DNA from: Thermoplasmata archaeon
GTDB taxonomy: Archaea; Thermoplasmatota; SW-10-69-26
NCBI GenBank assembly: GCA_003561665.1
Contig: PWVY01000169.1
Coordinates: 1 to 26,961 of the forward strand
DNA length: 26,961 nt
Direction of reading: 5' to 3'
The notes beneath the pieces are model-generated. The model ran no database searches, had not been told where the DNA came from, and saw only the letters and a program-made list of their open reading frames with translations. A program made the translations under genes and the position numbers. This document shows positions 1 through 7,725 of the stretch, one piece after another (the stretch's first letter is position 1; every line of letters starts with the position of its first letter).

Positions 1-218
1 CATCCTTCGGCGCGTGCGAGGAGGTTTCGTGCGACGGTGGCTTCGATGGGGTCGTCTTGGGGTGTGGTCGCGATGAGGTGGAGGGGTTGGCCGGGTTCGA
101 GTTGGTCGAGGGCGTAGAGGACGGTGTCGTTCATGGCGGGGACGTCTTCGATGGGGATGACGATGCCGCCGCTGGGGGTGGGTGCGTCCTGGGGGGGTTC
201 GCCCGGGTGCTCCTCCAT
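1..218 (-). CDS. Universal stress protein (UspA)-like protein, N-terminal part; runs off the window edge
   Basis: Manual translation from ATG at 218: MEEHPGEPPQDAPTPSGGIVIPIEDVPAMNDTVLYALDQLEPGQPLHLIATT...; this fits the USP beta1-alpha1-beta2 pattern (IVIPIE...TVLYAL...LHLI). Not in the ORF track because it is truncated. Confidence 0.5.
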   Translation of the reverse strand, partial: MEEHPGEPPQDAPTPSGGIVIPIEDVPAMNDTVLYALDQLEPGQPLHLIATTPQDDPIEATVARNLLARAEG

Positions 219-276
219 GTTCGTCCCTTGGGGGGCGCGTCGCGTCGTGCGTGGGGTCCGGCGGTGGGTTGCGTGG

Positions 277-282
277 TTAAAA
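277..282 (-). promoter_or_regulatory. Putative TATA box (TTTTAA) for the USP-like gene
   Basis: AT-rich hexamer in a very GC-rich intergenic region, about 60 bp upstream of ATG 218. Confidence 0.35.
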
Positions 283-385
283 GCCGGTTGGGTCCCTGCG
301 TTGCGATGCGGCGCGGCCCGGGCTGGGCATATCCGCGGTGTAGAAAAGCGTTCGCCTTGCGGAGGGCGTGGGTGGGGGGGTTGGC

Positions 386-1579
386 TTAGTAGAGGTTCTC
401 TTCGATGAATTCGCGGCTTGGGTTGGAGAGGTTTTCTTCTTTGACGCGTCGGACTTTTCGTTCGAGGCGGTCGACGGCGAGGCGTGTGGCGTGTTTCATG
501 CCCCATCCTTCGCCGACGGCGTAGAAGTTGCCCATGTCGCTGGAGAGGTTGGTGCGGATGTGCCAGAGGTCGCGTTTGCGGTTCTTGTCTTTGTGTCGTT
601 TGGCGTGGATCTGGAGCAGGGCGGGTTCGAGGCGTTTTTGGTAGCGGCGCATGAACTCGCGGACTTCTTCGGGGGCGCCGCTGCTTTCGTACCCGTCGCG
701 GCTGGTGTCTTTGCTGGAGAAGTGGACAACGATCTGTGGAACGTCCGGGTCGAGGAGTCGGATGGGGTTGAGAAGGTCGCGCCGGGTGACGATGCCGTAG
801 GGGAATTCGCCGTCTTTGGTGATGACGACGCTGCCGATGGTTTTCTCGTGCATCAGTTCGCTGGCGTCCCTGTAGGTCGATCCTCGGGGCACGTTGACGA
901 CGGGGCTTGACATGATGCTTTTGAGGGGGATCCCGAGGGGTCGGTCTTTTTCACCGCTGCCGGTTTTCCATCCGCCGCGGTCGGAGCCGCGGAGGGGTTG
1001 GATGACTTGGCGGAGGATGTCGTGGACGGTCACGATGCCGACGAGTCTTCCGTCTTCGACGATGGGGAGGTGGCTGAAGCCGTCGGTGCGCATCATGCTA
1101 AGGGCTTTGGCGACGCTGTCGTCGGCGTTTGCGAGGATGACATCTTGCGTCATGTCGTCGGCGAGGTCGCGGTCGCCGAGGCTGGTTTGTCCTGCAGCGT
1201 GGATAATGTCTTCGCGTACGAGGATGCCTTGGACGCGGTGGACGTTGTCCTCTTTTTGGACGACGGCGAGGCTTCGCGCGTTGCTGTCGAGGATCAAGCG
1301 TACGGCTTCGATGAGGTCGTCATCGGGGTGAACGGTGGGAATCTCGTGCTCGGGGAGGCCGTTGGAGACGCGCGCTTTGCCGGGGTCGAGTTGGGTTCGA
1401 AGGTAGTCGCGTTCGCTTGCGATGCCGAGGTATCGGCCTTTGTCGTCGGTGACGACGACGGCGGGTTCGCGATCTTTGGCGAACGCGGAGAGGATTTGGC
1501 TGGCGCGTTCGTCGGGGCGAACACTTTGGAAGTCTGTGCGCATGACATCCGAGACGGTGAGGTCGAAAAGGTCGGGCAC
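386..1579 (-). CDS. Four-CBS-domain protein with a C-terminal HPF/RaiA-like domain (Hib-type ribosome hibernation factor candidate)
   Basis: Four CBS repeats ending in GIASERDYL, GILVREDII, GIVTVHDIL and GIVTRRDLL. The C-terminal ~100 aa (QIVVHF...LQIHAK...WHIRTNL...FYAVGEGWGMKHATRLAVDRLERKVRRVKE) match the HPF beta-alpha-beta-beta-beta-alpha pattern. GTG start with GGAGG upstream. Confidence 0.8.
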   Translation of the reverse strand: MPDLFDLTVSDVMRTDFQSVRPDERASQILSAFAKDREPAVVVTDDKGRYLGIASERDYLRTQLDPGKARVSNGLPEHEIPTVHPDDDLIEAVRLILDSNARSLAVVQKEDNVHRVQGILVREDIIHAAGQTSLGDRDLADDMTQDVILANADDSVAKALSMMRTDGFSHLPIVEDGRLVGIVTVHDILRQVIQPLRGSDRGGWKTGSGEKDRPLGIPLKSIMSSPVVNVPRGSTYRDASELMHEKTIGSVVITKDGEFPYGIVTRRDLLNPIRLLDPDVPQIVVHFSSKDTSRDGYESSGAPEEVREFMRRYQKRLEPALLQIHAKRHKDKNRKRDLWHIRTNLSSDMGNFYAVGEGWGMKHATRLAVDRLERKVRRVKEENLSNPSREFIEENLY

Positions 1580-1693
1580 GGGTCCTGGTTAGGTGGCCTC
1601 CCCATGATAGGAGTTGCGGGAGCGGCCGGGGGTGTTTTCCCCGAGGTGCGATGGCCAAACATATTCGTTGTTGGCTTGGGGTGGGGTGTTTGC

Positions 1694-2623
1694 ATGTGTC
1701 GTTTCGTTGCGTACCATGGCCCGCCGATCCGGTTGGCCGAGCTTTTGTACGAGCCGGAGCATAGCCTGATTCATCAGAGCGTGAACGCGCAGGAGCGCAA
1801 GGAGCCGTTGAACGGGGATGGGTGGGGGGTGGGGTGGTATGATCGGCGTGTGAGCGAGGAGCCGGGGGTGTATCGGACGTTGCATCCGGCGTGGTCGGAT
1901 GATAATATGCGGTATGTGGCGCCGGTGGTTCGTACGCCGACGTTCTTGGCGCATGTTCGTGCGGCGTCGCCGGGGTTGCCGGTGCAGCAGTTGAATTGTC
2001 ATCCGTTCCCGGGGGGGCGTGCGGTGAACGGTGATGGGCGGGCGAAGAAGGATGTGGATGCGGTGGAGCGCGGGCGGCGCAAGTTGTTGTTCATGCATAA
2101 TGGGGCGTTTGGGGCGTATCGGAAGGTGATTCGGAAGTTGCAGAACGAGTTGGATGATGACGTGTTCTTCGGGGTCCGTGGTTCGACGGATAGTGAGCAT
2201 GTGTTTGGGGCGTTCCAGCAGGTGTTGGGGGATCGGGCGGCGGATTTGTCGGTGGATGCGTTGGCGGATGCGACGGTGGAGACGTTGTCGTACATTGACG
2301 CGTTGAAGTGGGAGGTGGGGGAGGAGTCGGCGTCGACGCAGGCGAATTTTTGTGTGAGCGATGGGGAGAGTTTGGTGGCGACGCGGTATCGTCATCCGAC
2401 GGATGAGCCGGCGCAGTCGTTGTACGTTGCGCGGGCTCGTGCGTTCCATTGTGAGGATGGGGAGTTTCGTAGCGAGGAGCCGGGGGAGGAGGGAGCGGTG
2501 TTGATCGCGAGCGAGCGGTTGTGGGATGAGGAGAGCGTGTGGGAGAAGGTTCCGCAGAACCACATGGTGAAGGTGAACCCGGCGCGTGAGGTTTCGATCG
2601 AGGAGATCAAGCCGTCCCCGTAG
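1694..2623 (+). CDS. Class II glutamine amidotransferase / Ntn hydrolase (EgtC/YafJ/Dug3-like), 309 aa
   Basis: Starts MCRF (N-terminal Cys nucleophile); motifs NGDGWGVGWY, AHVRAAS, NCHPF, FMHNG, GSTDSE, ASERL. The start is ATG 1694, not the upstream 998 start of the ORF track. Confidence 0.88.
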   Translation: MCRFVAYHGPPIRLAELLYEPEHSLIHQSVNAQERKEPLNGDGWGVGWYDRRVSEEPGVYRTLHPAWSDDNMRYVAPVVRTPTFLAHVRAASPGLPVQQLNCHPFPGGRAVNGDGRAKKDVDAVERGRRKLLFMHNGAFGAYRKVIRKLQNELDDDVFFGVRGSTDSEHVFGAFQQVLGDRAADLSVDALADATVETLSYIDALKWEVGEESASTQANFCVSDGESLVATRYRHPTDEPAQSLYVARARAFHCEDGEFRSEEPGEEGAVLIASERLWDEESVWEKVPQNHMVKVNPAREVSIEEIKPSP

Positions 2624-2656
2624 GGCTTTCGTGCGGCTTGTCGTTGCGCGTGTTTT

Positions 2657-3025
2657 CTATGTTTGTGCGTCGTCGAAGGCGCTGAAGCCTGCGGGGATAG
2701 CTTCGTAGAAAACGGTGGCTTTGAGGGTGAACGTGGTATCGATGGCGATCTCAGGGCGTGCGAAGGCGGTCCACGTGCATTCGTCTTCGTTGGAGCATTC
2801 GGCTTCGAGCGTGGCCTCATCGAGAGTCAAGCGTAGGTAGTTATTCAGCGTGATGTCTCCGGGTTCGGTCGCGCTGTAGGTTCCTTCGTTGCTTCCGGCG
2901 TGGAAAATTAGGGGACAGAGGATGGATTCGGTGAGTCCACCAGCGCAGAAGCCGGGTGGGAGGGTGAAATCCAGCCTTCTCCAGGGCCGGGGAGAGGGGT
3001 CGGTGCGTTCGTTGCATGTGAGTCG
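2657..3025 (-). pseudogene. Start-less 122-codon open frame, probably a fragment of a secreted or surface protein gene
   Basis: Stop-to-stop frame (TAG at 3026-3028, TAG at 2657-2659) reading ...LDFTLPPGFCAGGLTESILCP...LEAECSNEDECTWTAFARPEIAIDTTFTLKATVFYEAIPAGFSAFDDAQT. It looks protein-like, but the only canonical start is an internal TTG about 57 codons from the end. Confidence 0.35.
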
Positions 3026-3069
3026 CTAGGGTTTATGCTGGGTTGGTGCATGCGCGGCGCGTGGTCGAT

Positions 3070-3330
3070 GTGAAGGTCTTGTCTCGGGCGGCTTCGTGGA
3101 CGTGCCTTTTGTTGTTGATCGGGTCCTTGTTCGCGTTCCCTGCTGGAGCGTTGGGTGGGGGCGTGGATGCGGCTCAGGAGGATGAGGATCATCCTGAGGC
3201 GGAGCCGGGGCCGGATGAGGAGCCCACGTGGATCCGCGTGGGGTTCGTGCTCGTGATGGCGCCGTTCTTGGTGGGGTTGGGCGCCGCGGTCGTGTACTTG
3301 GTTTATCGGGCCTTGCGGTACGAGATTTAA
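3070..3330 (+). CDS. Small membrane protein (signal peptide, acidic linker, C-terminal TM helix), about 86 aa
   Basis: GTG 3070: MKVLSRAASWTCLLLLIGSLFAFPAGA...QEDEDHPEAEPGPDEEP-TWIRVGFVLVMAPFLVGLGAAVVYLVYRALRYEI. TTTATG element at 3032-3037. Confidence 0.6.
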   Translation: MKVLSRAASWTCLLLLIGSLFAFPAGALGGGVDAAQEDEDHPEAEPGPDEEPTWIRVGFVLVMAPFLVGLGAAVVYLVYRALRYEI

Positions 3331-3343
3331 CGCGGAGGGGCGT

Positions 3344-4750
3344 TCAGCGGTCGGTCCATTCGATGTCGTATTCGTCCTGGTGTTCGTGGAGGAAGGCTTC
3401 GAGGCGTTTCATGGGGAGGGGGGGCATCAGGGCGTTCCTTGCGGGGATCTTCTCGGGGATCTCTTCGTGGTATTTGGTGTAGAGGCCGAAGTCGAGGGGG
3501 TAGGCTTCGGGATCCATGCCGAGGAATTCGCCGCGTCGTTGGGCGCGGTTGAGGATGCTTTCCCAGCGTTCGATGGGGGCTTGGGCGGCGCTTCGGACTC
3601 CGTTGGAGAACGCGAGGAGATGGATCTCGTCGAAGGGGTCGGAGCGTTCGAGGTAGGCTTCGAGGGCTTCTGCGCTGTCTTCGCCGTTGAAGGGGATCCA
3701 GTAGGGGACGCTTCCGGTGCGTTGGCTCCACCAGGGGTCGATGCATGTGAAGCTTTGGACGAGCAGTCGGTTGGTGGGGATGTCGTGTTCGCCGTAGCGT
3801 TCGCGGTGGAGGTCGGCGACGGGGGCCCTGAGGTGGCGGGGATCTTGGAAGCGTAAAAGGCGCACGGGGTAGCCGTGGTCGTTGGCGAAGCGGTCGATGT
3901 CGTCGAGGAGGATGTCTTCGAAGCCCCATTCGGCTTCGGGGGCGGTGTCGTTGGGTTCGGGCGCGTCCCAGGAGGCGTTCTCTTCGGGTCGTGAGGCGAT
4001 GAAGGCGGCGACGCGGTCGCTTCCTTCGAGGTATTCTTCGGGGGTGAGGCCGCCTTCGCCGCTGTATTGGAAGACGTGCCGGTCGTTGATGCGGGTGACG
4101 GGTTTGGGGTCATCGCAGTCGATGACGATGATGCTTCCGCCGGGGGCGAGGGTTTCTTTGATGAAGCGTTCGTAGGCGTGGCCGAGTTTCCTGGTTTTCA
4201 GGCGGAAGTAGGCGAACTCGCGGACCATCAGCCAGTCTTCGTTGGGGTCGTGCATGTGGTTGAGGTTGATGTCGGGGTTGGCTTCGAGGAGGGCGCGTCC
4301 GGGTCGTCGGCCCCATTCCATGTCGTCTTCGCCGTTGCCGGGTCGGATCTTCCGGCGCACGGGTGTGAGGAAGGTTTGGGGGAGGAAGGGGATGCCCAGG
4401 AGGGCGGCGAGGAAGGTTCCGGCCCCGTTGGGGGATCCGATCATGATGGCGGGGTAGCCGCGTTCGGGGTATTGCTCGGTGACCCATTCGCGGAAGGTTT
4501 CGATGTTCACATCGCCTAACTCGCTGGGTTGGATGGCTTCGGTGGCTCCGCTTTTGCGGTAGATCCATTTCTTGGTTTTCTCAGGGAGGCGGTTGGGGGC
4601 GCGTCCGAGGCCTGCCAGGGGTTTGGGGATCATGCCCAAGCGGGGGAAGCCTTCGCCTTGGAGGTGGTGGGCGAGGGCTCGCACGAAGGCGGTTGTGCTG
4701 TCGAAGTTGGCAAGGCCCAGGGGCGATTGGGAGGATTGCAATAACCGCAT
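3344..4750 (-). CDS. Conserved hypothetical protein, 468 aa, soluble and enzyme-like
   Basis: Long ORF with coding-type codon bias; motifs IGSPNG, HMHDPNED, PEAEWGF, AFSNGV. ATG 4750 is preferred over the ORF-track start at 4852, which overlaps the HEPN gene. Confidence 0.8.
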   Translation of the reverse strand: MRLLQSSQSPLGLANFDSTTAFVRALAHHLQGEGFPRLGMIPKPLAGLGRAPNRLPEKTKKWIYRKSGATEAIQPSELGDVNIETFREWVTEQYPERGYPAIMIGSPNGAGTFLAALLGIPFLPQTFLTPVRRKIRPGNGEDDMEWGRRPGRALLEANPDINLNHMHDPNEDWLMVREFAYFRLKTRKLGHAYERFIKETLAPGGSIIVIDCDDPKPVTRINDRHVFQYSGEGGLTPEEYLEGSDRVAAFIASRPEENASWDAPEPNDTAPEAEWGFEDILLDDIDRFANDHGYPVRLLRFQDPRHLRAPVADLHRERYGEHDIPTNRLLVQSFTCIDPWWSQRTGSVPYWIPFNGEDSAEALEAYLERSDPFDEIHLLAFSNGVRSAAQAPIERWESILNRAQRRGEFLGMDPEAYPLDFGLYTKYHEEIPEKIPARNALMPPLPMKRLEAFLHEHQDEYDIEWTDR

Positions 4751-4844
4751 CAGGCCCTTGGTAGAGAGGGGATGCAAAAGTGGGGGGCGAAACGCTGGCT
4801 TCGGTTCGAAAACGACGTTTGGTGGGGGACAGGCCTGCCCCGCG

Positions 4845-5270
4845 TTAGTCAAGCCTGTCGAGGATCGTTTCGATGAAGCGAGGGATATCGTTCACATCGT
4901 CATTCAGGAATCGATGAATCTGGGCGTCATCGATGTCCCAGTAGATGTGGACCAAGCGGTTTCGGAAGCGTGCCATCTCTCCAAGACGGGTTGCGAAGGC
5001 GTCGTCGAGCACGTTCTCTTCAGCAAGCACACGGAAGGCGTCGGCGTAATCGTCGGCTGCTCTGAACTCGTTGGCCGCGATGAGGTGGTTTGCCAGGTCG
5101 ATGCATCCTTCGATCGCCACGATGAGCTGGTACTTTGCATTCCCAATCTTGTCAGCGTCGTTCAAGAAGGACTCTTGGGGAAGGCCCCCGATCTCCTGGA
5201 GGGTCCGCGATGCTTTCCGGACCTCGGAGACGAAGCGAGTGACGCGATCCAGGTCACGATTCAAGCCCAA
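4845..5270 (-). CDS. hepT: HEPN/DUF86 (HepT-like) RNase toxin
   Basis: RX4HXY motif RNRLVHIY; N-terminal AKYQLIVAIEGCIDLANHLI typical of DUF86. TTG start with AGGAG upstream; overlaps the MNT stop. Confidence 0.9.
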   Translation of the reverse strand: MGLNRDLDRVTRFVSEVRKASRTLQEIGGLPQESFLNDADKIGNAKYQLIVAIEGCIDLANHLIAANEFRAADDYADAFRVLAEENVLDDAFATRLGEMARFRNRLVHIYWDIDDAQIHRFLNDDVNDIPRFIETILDRLD

Positions 5271-5685
5271 GAGCTTCTCTCCTGTACGATTCTCGATGGT
5301 AGCTAAAGTCCTGGTAGAGCTTCATGGTTCCTTCCTCGAAGTCCAACCGTTGATCTTCCGATCGTGAGAAGATACGGTGTCCATGCTGGATCACAGCGAA
5401 ACGGAACGGTAACGGGGCATGGTTGAGGGTTCTCACATCCATGGGCAAGTCGCGCACATGGTCACTCAAGGCCTGCTCGATCCCCAGCTCGCGATCCAAG
5501 CACTCGTCCTCTGTCAGGTCATCCCTGAGGAGAACGGCGACGTCGACGTCTCCGACCGTTGGACGCTCCTGCATCATGGAGCCGTGCACGTACGCCAAGA
5601 CCACGTCAGGATCCTCCTCAAGATGGGAACGGAGGTTTCGAACGATCCGCTCCCGGTCTTTGGATCCCAGACGGTGGCGCTCCAT
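5254..5685 (-). CDS. mntA: Minimal nucleotidyltransferase (MntA-like) antitoxin, 143 aa
   Basis: AYVHGS...GDVDVAV nucleotidyltransferase motif, DVRTLNHAPLPFRFAVIQHG; directly upstream of and overlapping the HEPN gene. Confidence 0.9.
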   Translation of the reverse strand: MERHRLGSKDRERIVRNLRSHLEEDPDVVLAYVHGSMMQERPTVGDVDVAVLLRDDLTEDECLDRELGIEQALSDHVRDLPMDVRTLNHAPLPFRFAVIQHGHRIFSRSEDQRLDFEEGTMKLYQDFSYHRESYRREALGLES

Positions 5686-5755
5686 GGTCCCATCACGACC
5701 TTCGATAAGATAAGCGCACGGTTTTCCCCTGAGGAGCACGAACCCTGCAGAGCCT

Positions 5756-5809
5756 CCACGAGGCGTGGTGAACGAGCAGCGAGCCTGCTCGTATGCGTTC
5801 TACGCGTAG
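5756..5809 (-). terminator. Cluster of short inverted repeats in the tRNA 3' trailer
   Basis: CCACG-agg-CGTGG (5756-5768), ACGAGCAG-cgagc-CTGCTCGT (5772-5792) and the perfect palindrome CTACGCGTAG (5800-5809). The terminator function is inferred only. Confidence 0.3.
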
Positions 5810-5820
5810 GGGCTGTTGAG

Positions 5821-5903
5821 TGCGGCGGGCAGGATTCGAACCTGCGAAGACCTATGTCACGAGGTCCTAAGCCTCGCCCCGTTGGCCGCTAGGGTACCGC
5901 CGC
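5821..5903 (-). tRNA. tRNA-Leu (anticodon TAG), 83 nt, no encoded CCA
   Basis: Acceptor stem GCGGCGG/CCGCCGC plus discriminator A; anticodon arm CGAGG-CT TAG GA-CCTCG; long variable arm; T-loop GGTTCGAATCC. Confidence 0.96.
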
Positions 5904-5949
5904 TTGGCGCGTTCACCCAGCTTCCACGCCCACGCAGAGGCGCCGCCTA

Positions 5950-6387
5950 TCAAGCCTTTTCGGTTGACGGGCTTCCTGTCTCCCGCGTTGGATCCTCCCT
6001 CTTTGTGCTTGATCGACCCAGCGCCATGCATGCTAGCACGTCGGCTTGCAACTGGCCAAGGAAGCGAGAGACGATGATGAAGAAGATCGAGGAGAACGTT
6101 ACCACCAACGCCAACACCGCGGTCACGATCGCGGCCACGCCGTACTGCGCTGCCCATCCTGGAAGCAGCGCGGCTGCACCGCCAAGGGCAGCCAGGAGGG
6201 TGGCCACGACGACCAACCCGATGATCGTCGCGCGGGCCGCGACGGCGACCTTCAACCCTTTCGCGCGTTTCTCCAGGATCGACCGGTAGGGCTCCTCGAA
6301 CTCGTCAAGGTTATCCTCGACGGCTTCCACGAGGTGCAAGTACCCCGTTTTCCAGTACCAACGCCATGAGGACTCGAACGGGAACAT
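5950..6387 (-). CDS. Hypothetical membrane protein (2 TM helices), 145 aa
   Basis: ATG 6387 with an AT-rich element about 25 bp upstream; two long hydrophobic segments (TIIGLVVVATLLAALGGAAALL; GVAAIVTAVLALVVTFSSIFFIIV). Confidence 0.6.
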   Translation of the reverse strand: MFPFESSWRWYWKTGYLHLVEAVEDNLDEFEEPYRSILEKRAKGLKVAVAARATIIGLVVVATLLAALGGAAALLPGWAAQYGVAAIVTAVLALVVTFSSIFFIIVSRFLGQLQADVLACMALGRSSTKREDPTRETGSPSTEKA

Positions 6388-6450
6388 GCCGCCGTATCAA
6401 GCCTCCTTATGAAAGGAGGCCCGGTTCTCGTTGGGGTCCCGTCCAGGCCC

Positions 6451-6462
6451 AAAACGGTTAAA
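6451..6462 (+). promoter_or_regulatory. BRE/TATA (AAAACGG-TTAAA) of the drg gene
   Basis: About 30 bp upstream of ATG 6492, the spacing expected for a near-leaderless archaeal transcript. Confidence 0.5.
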
Positions 6463-6491
6463 CCGCGAAGGCGCCCCTCATGAGGGTACGG

Positions 6492-7607
6492 ATGGGCGCC
6501 ATCGAAGACCAGATCGAGGAGATCGAGCAGGAGATAGCGGATACGCCCTACAACAAGAGCACACAGAAGCACATCGGCCGGTTGAAAGCCAAGCTCGCCA
6601 AGCTCAGGGACAAGAAGGAGAAACGGCAAGAGGCCAGCGGAGGCGGTGGAGGTGGGTACGACGTCAAGAAAAGCGGCCATGCAAGCGTGGGCCTTGTTGG
6701 CTTCCCCAGCGTGGGCAAAAGCACGCTCTTGAACGCGCTCACCAACGCTGAAAGCGAGGTGGGCGAGTACGAGTTCACCACGCTCGACGTGGTCCCCGGC
6801 ATGATGGAGCACAACCACGCCAACATCCAAGTCCTCGATTTGCCCGGGTTGATCCACGGCGCCAGCGCCAACAAAGGCCGCGGGCGCGAGGTCATCAGCG
6901 TGGCCCGCAACTGTGACTTGATCGTGCTCGTCATCGACCCCTGGAACAAGGATCAACTCGACGTTGTGACCGGGGAGTTGTACAACGCCGGGATACGGTT
7001 GAACATGAAACCGCCGAACGTGAAGGTGAACACGGACCGCATGCAGGGCGGGTTGAAGATCAGCTTCACCGTGGACGCTCCCGAACTGGATGCTGGGCTG
7101 GCCGAGGAGATCATGGATGAGTGGGGGTACGTGAATGCGGACCTGGTCGTGCGCGAGGACATCACACCGGACGAGCTCGTGGACGTTCTCGCGGGGAACC
7201 GTATCTATCAGCCCGCCATCGTGGCCATCAACAAGATCGACGCGGCCGCCCCCAAGATCGTGGAAGAACGCATCAACGAGCTCGAAGAGGAAGGATGGCG
7301 GGTTCTGCCCATCAGCGCGGACGCGGAAGAGAACCTCGAAGCCCTCAAGGAAGCCATCTATGAAGAGATGGACCTCATCCGTTTGTACATGAAACCGCAA
7401 GGCCAAGACGCGGACATGGAGGAGCCCCTCGTCGTCCGACGCGGAAGCACCGTGGGCGAAGTGTGCGATCATTTGCACCGGGAGATGCGGGACCGGTTTC
7501 GGTACGCGATGGTCTCTGGGCCTTCCAGCAAGTTCCCCGACCAACGCGCAGGCCTCGACCACGTGCTCGAGGACGGGGACGTGCTCACGCTCATCACGCG
7601 CAAGTGA
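6492..7607 (+). CDS. drg: DRG/Rbg1-family OBG-class GTPase with C-terminal TGS domain, 371 aa
   Basis: N-terminal TPYNKSTQKHIGRLKAKLAKL, G1 GFPSVGKST, G2 YEFTT, G3 DLPG, G4 NKID, TGS end GLDHVLEDGDVLTL. Confidence 0.95.
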   Translation: MGAIEDQIEEIEQEIADTPYNKSTQKHIGRLKAKLAKLRDKKEKRQEASGGGGGGYDVKKSGHASVGLVGFPSVGKSTLLNALTNAESEVGEYEFTTLDVVPGMMEHNHANIQVLDLPGLIHGASANKGRGREVISVARNCDLIVLVIDPWNKDQLDVVTGELYNAGIRLNMKPPNVKVNTDRMQGGLKISFTVDAPELDAGLAEEIMDEWGYVNADLVVREDITPDELVDVLAGNRIYQPAIVAINKIDAAAPKIVEERINELEEEGWRVLPISADAEENLEALKEAIYEEMDLIRLYMKPQGQDADMEEPLVVRRGSTVGEVCDHLHREMRDRFRYAMVSGPSSKFPDQRAGLDHVLEDGDVLTLITRK

Positions 7608-7692
7608 TCCCTCGACAGGCCGCCCGGTGATGCATCGAACAAACGCGGTTCCAGGCGTTCCTGTAGGCTCCTGAGCACTCGAGCCGGACAAC

Positions 7693-7704
7693 CCTTAAAT
7701 AAGG
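7693..7704 (+). promoter_or_regulatory. TATA box embedded in the palindrome CCTTA-AA-TAAGG (candidate vapBC operator)
   Basis: Inverted repeat overlapping TTAAATA (7695-7701), about 25-30 bp before ATG 7726. Confidence 0.5.
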
Positions 7705-7725
7705 AGGATAACAAAGTGATTATAC

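Noticed and set aside
998-1693. N-terminal extension of the 541-aa ORF upstream of the EgtC-like gene
   Set aside because: It is the antisense frame of the CBS gene, and Ntn hydrolases need Cys at position 2, which fixes the start at 1694.
2600-5903. Complete integrative element at tRNA-Leu
   Set aside because: No integrase or recombinase gene, and no duplicated tRNA 3' end (att repeat) found by eye.
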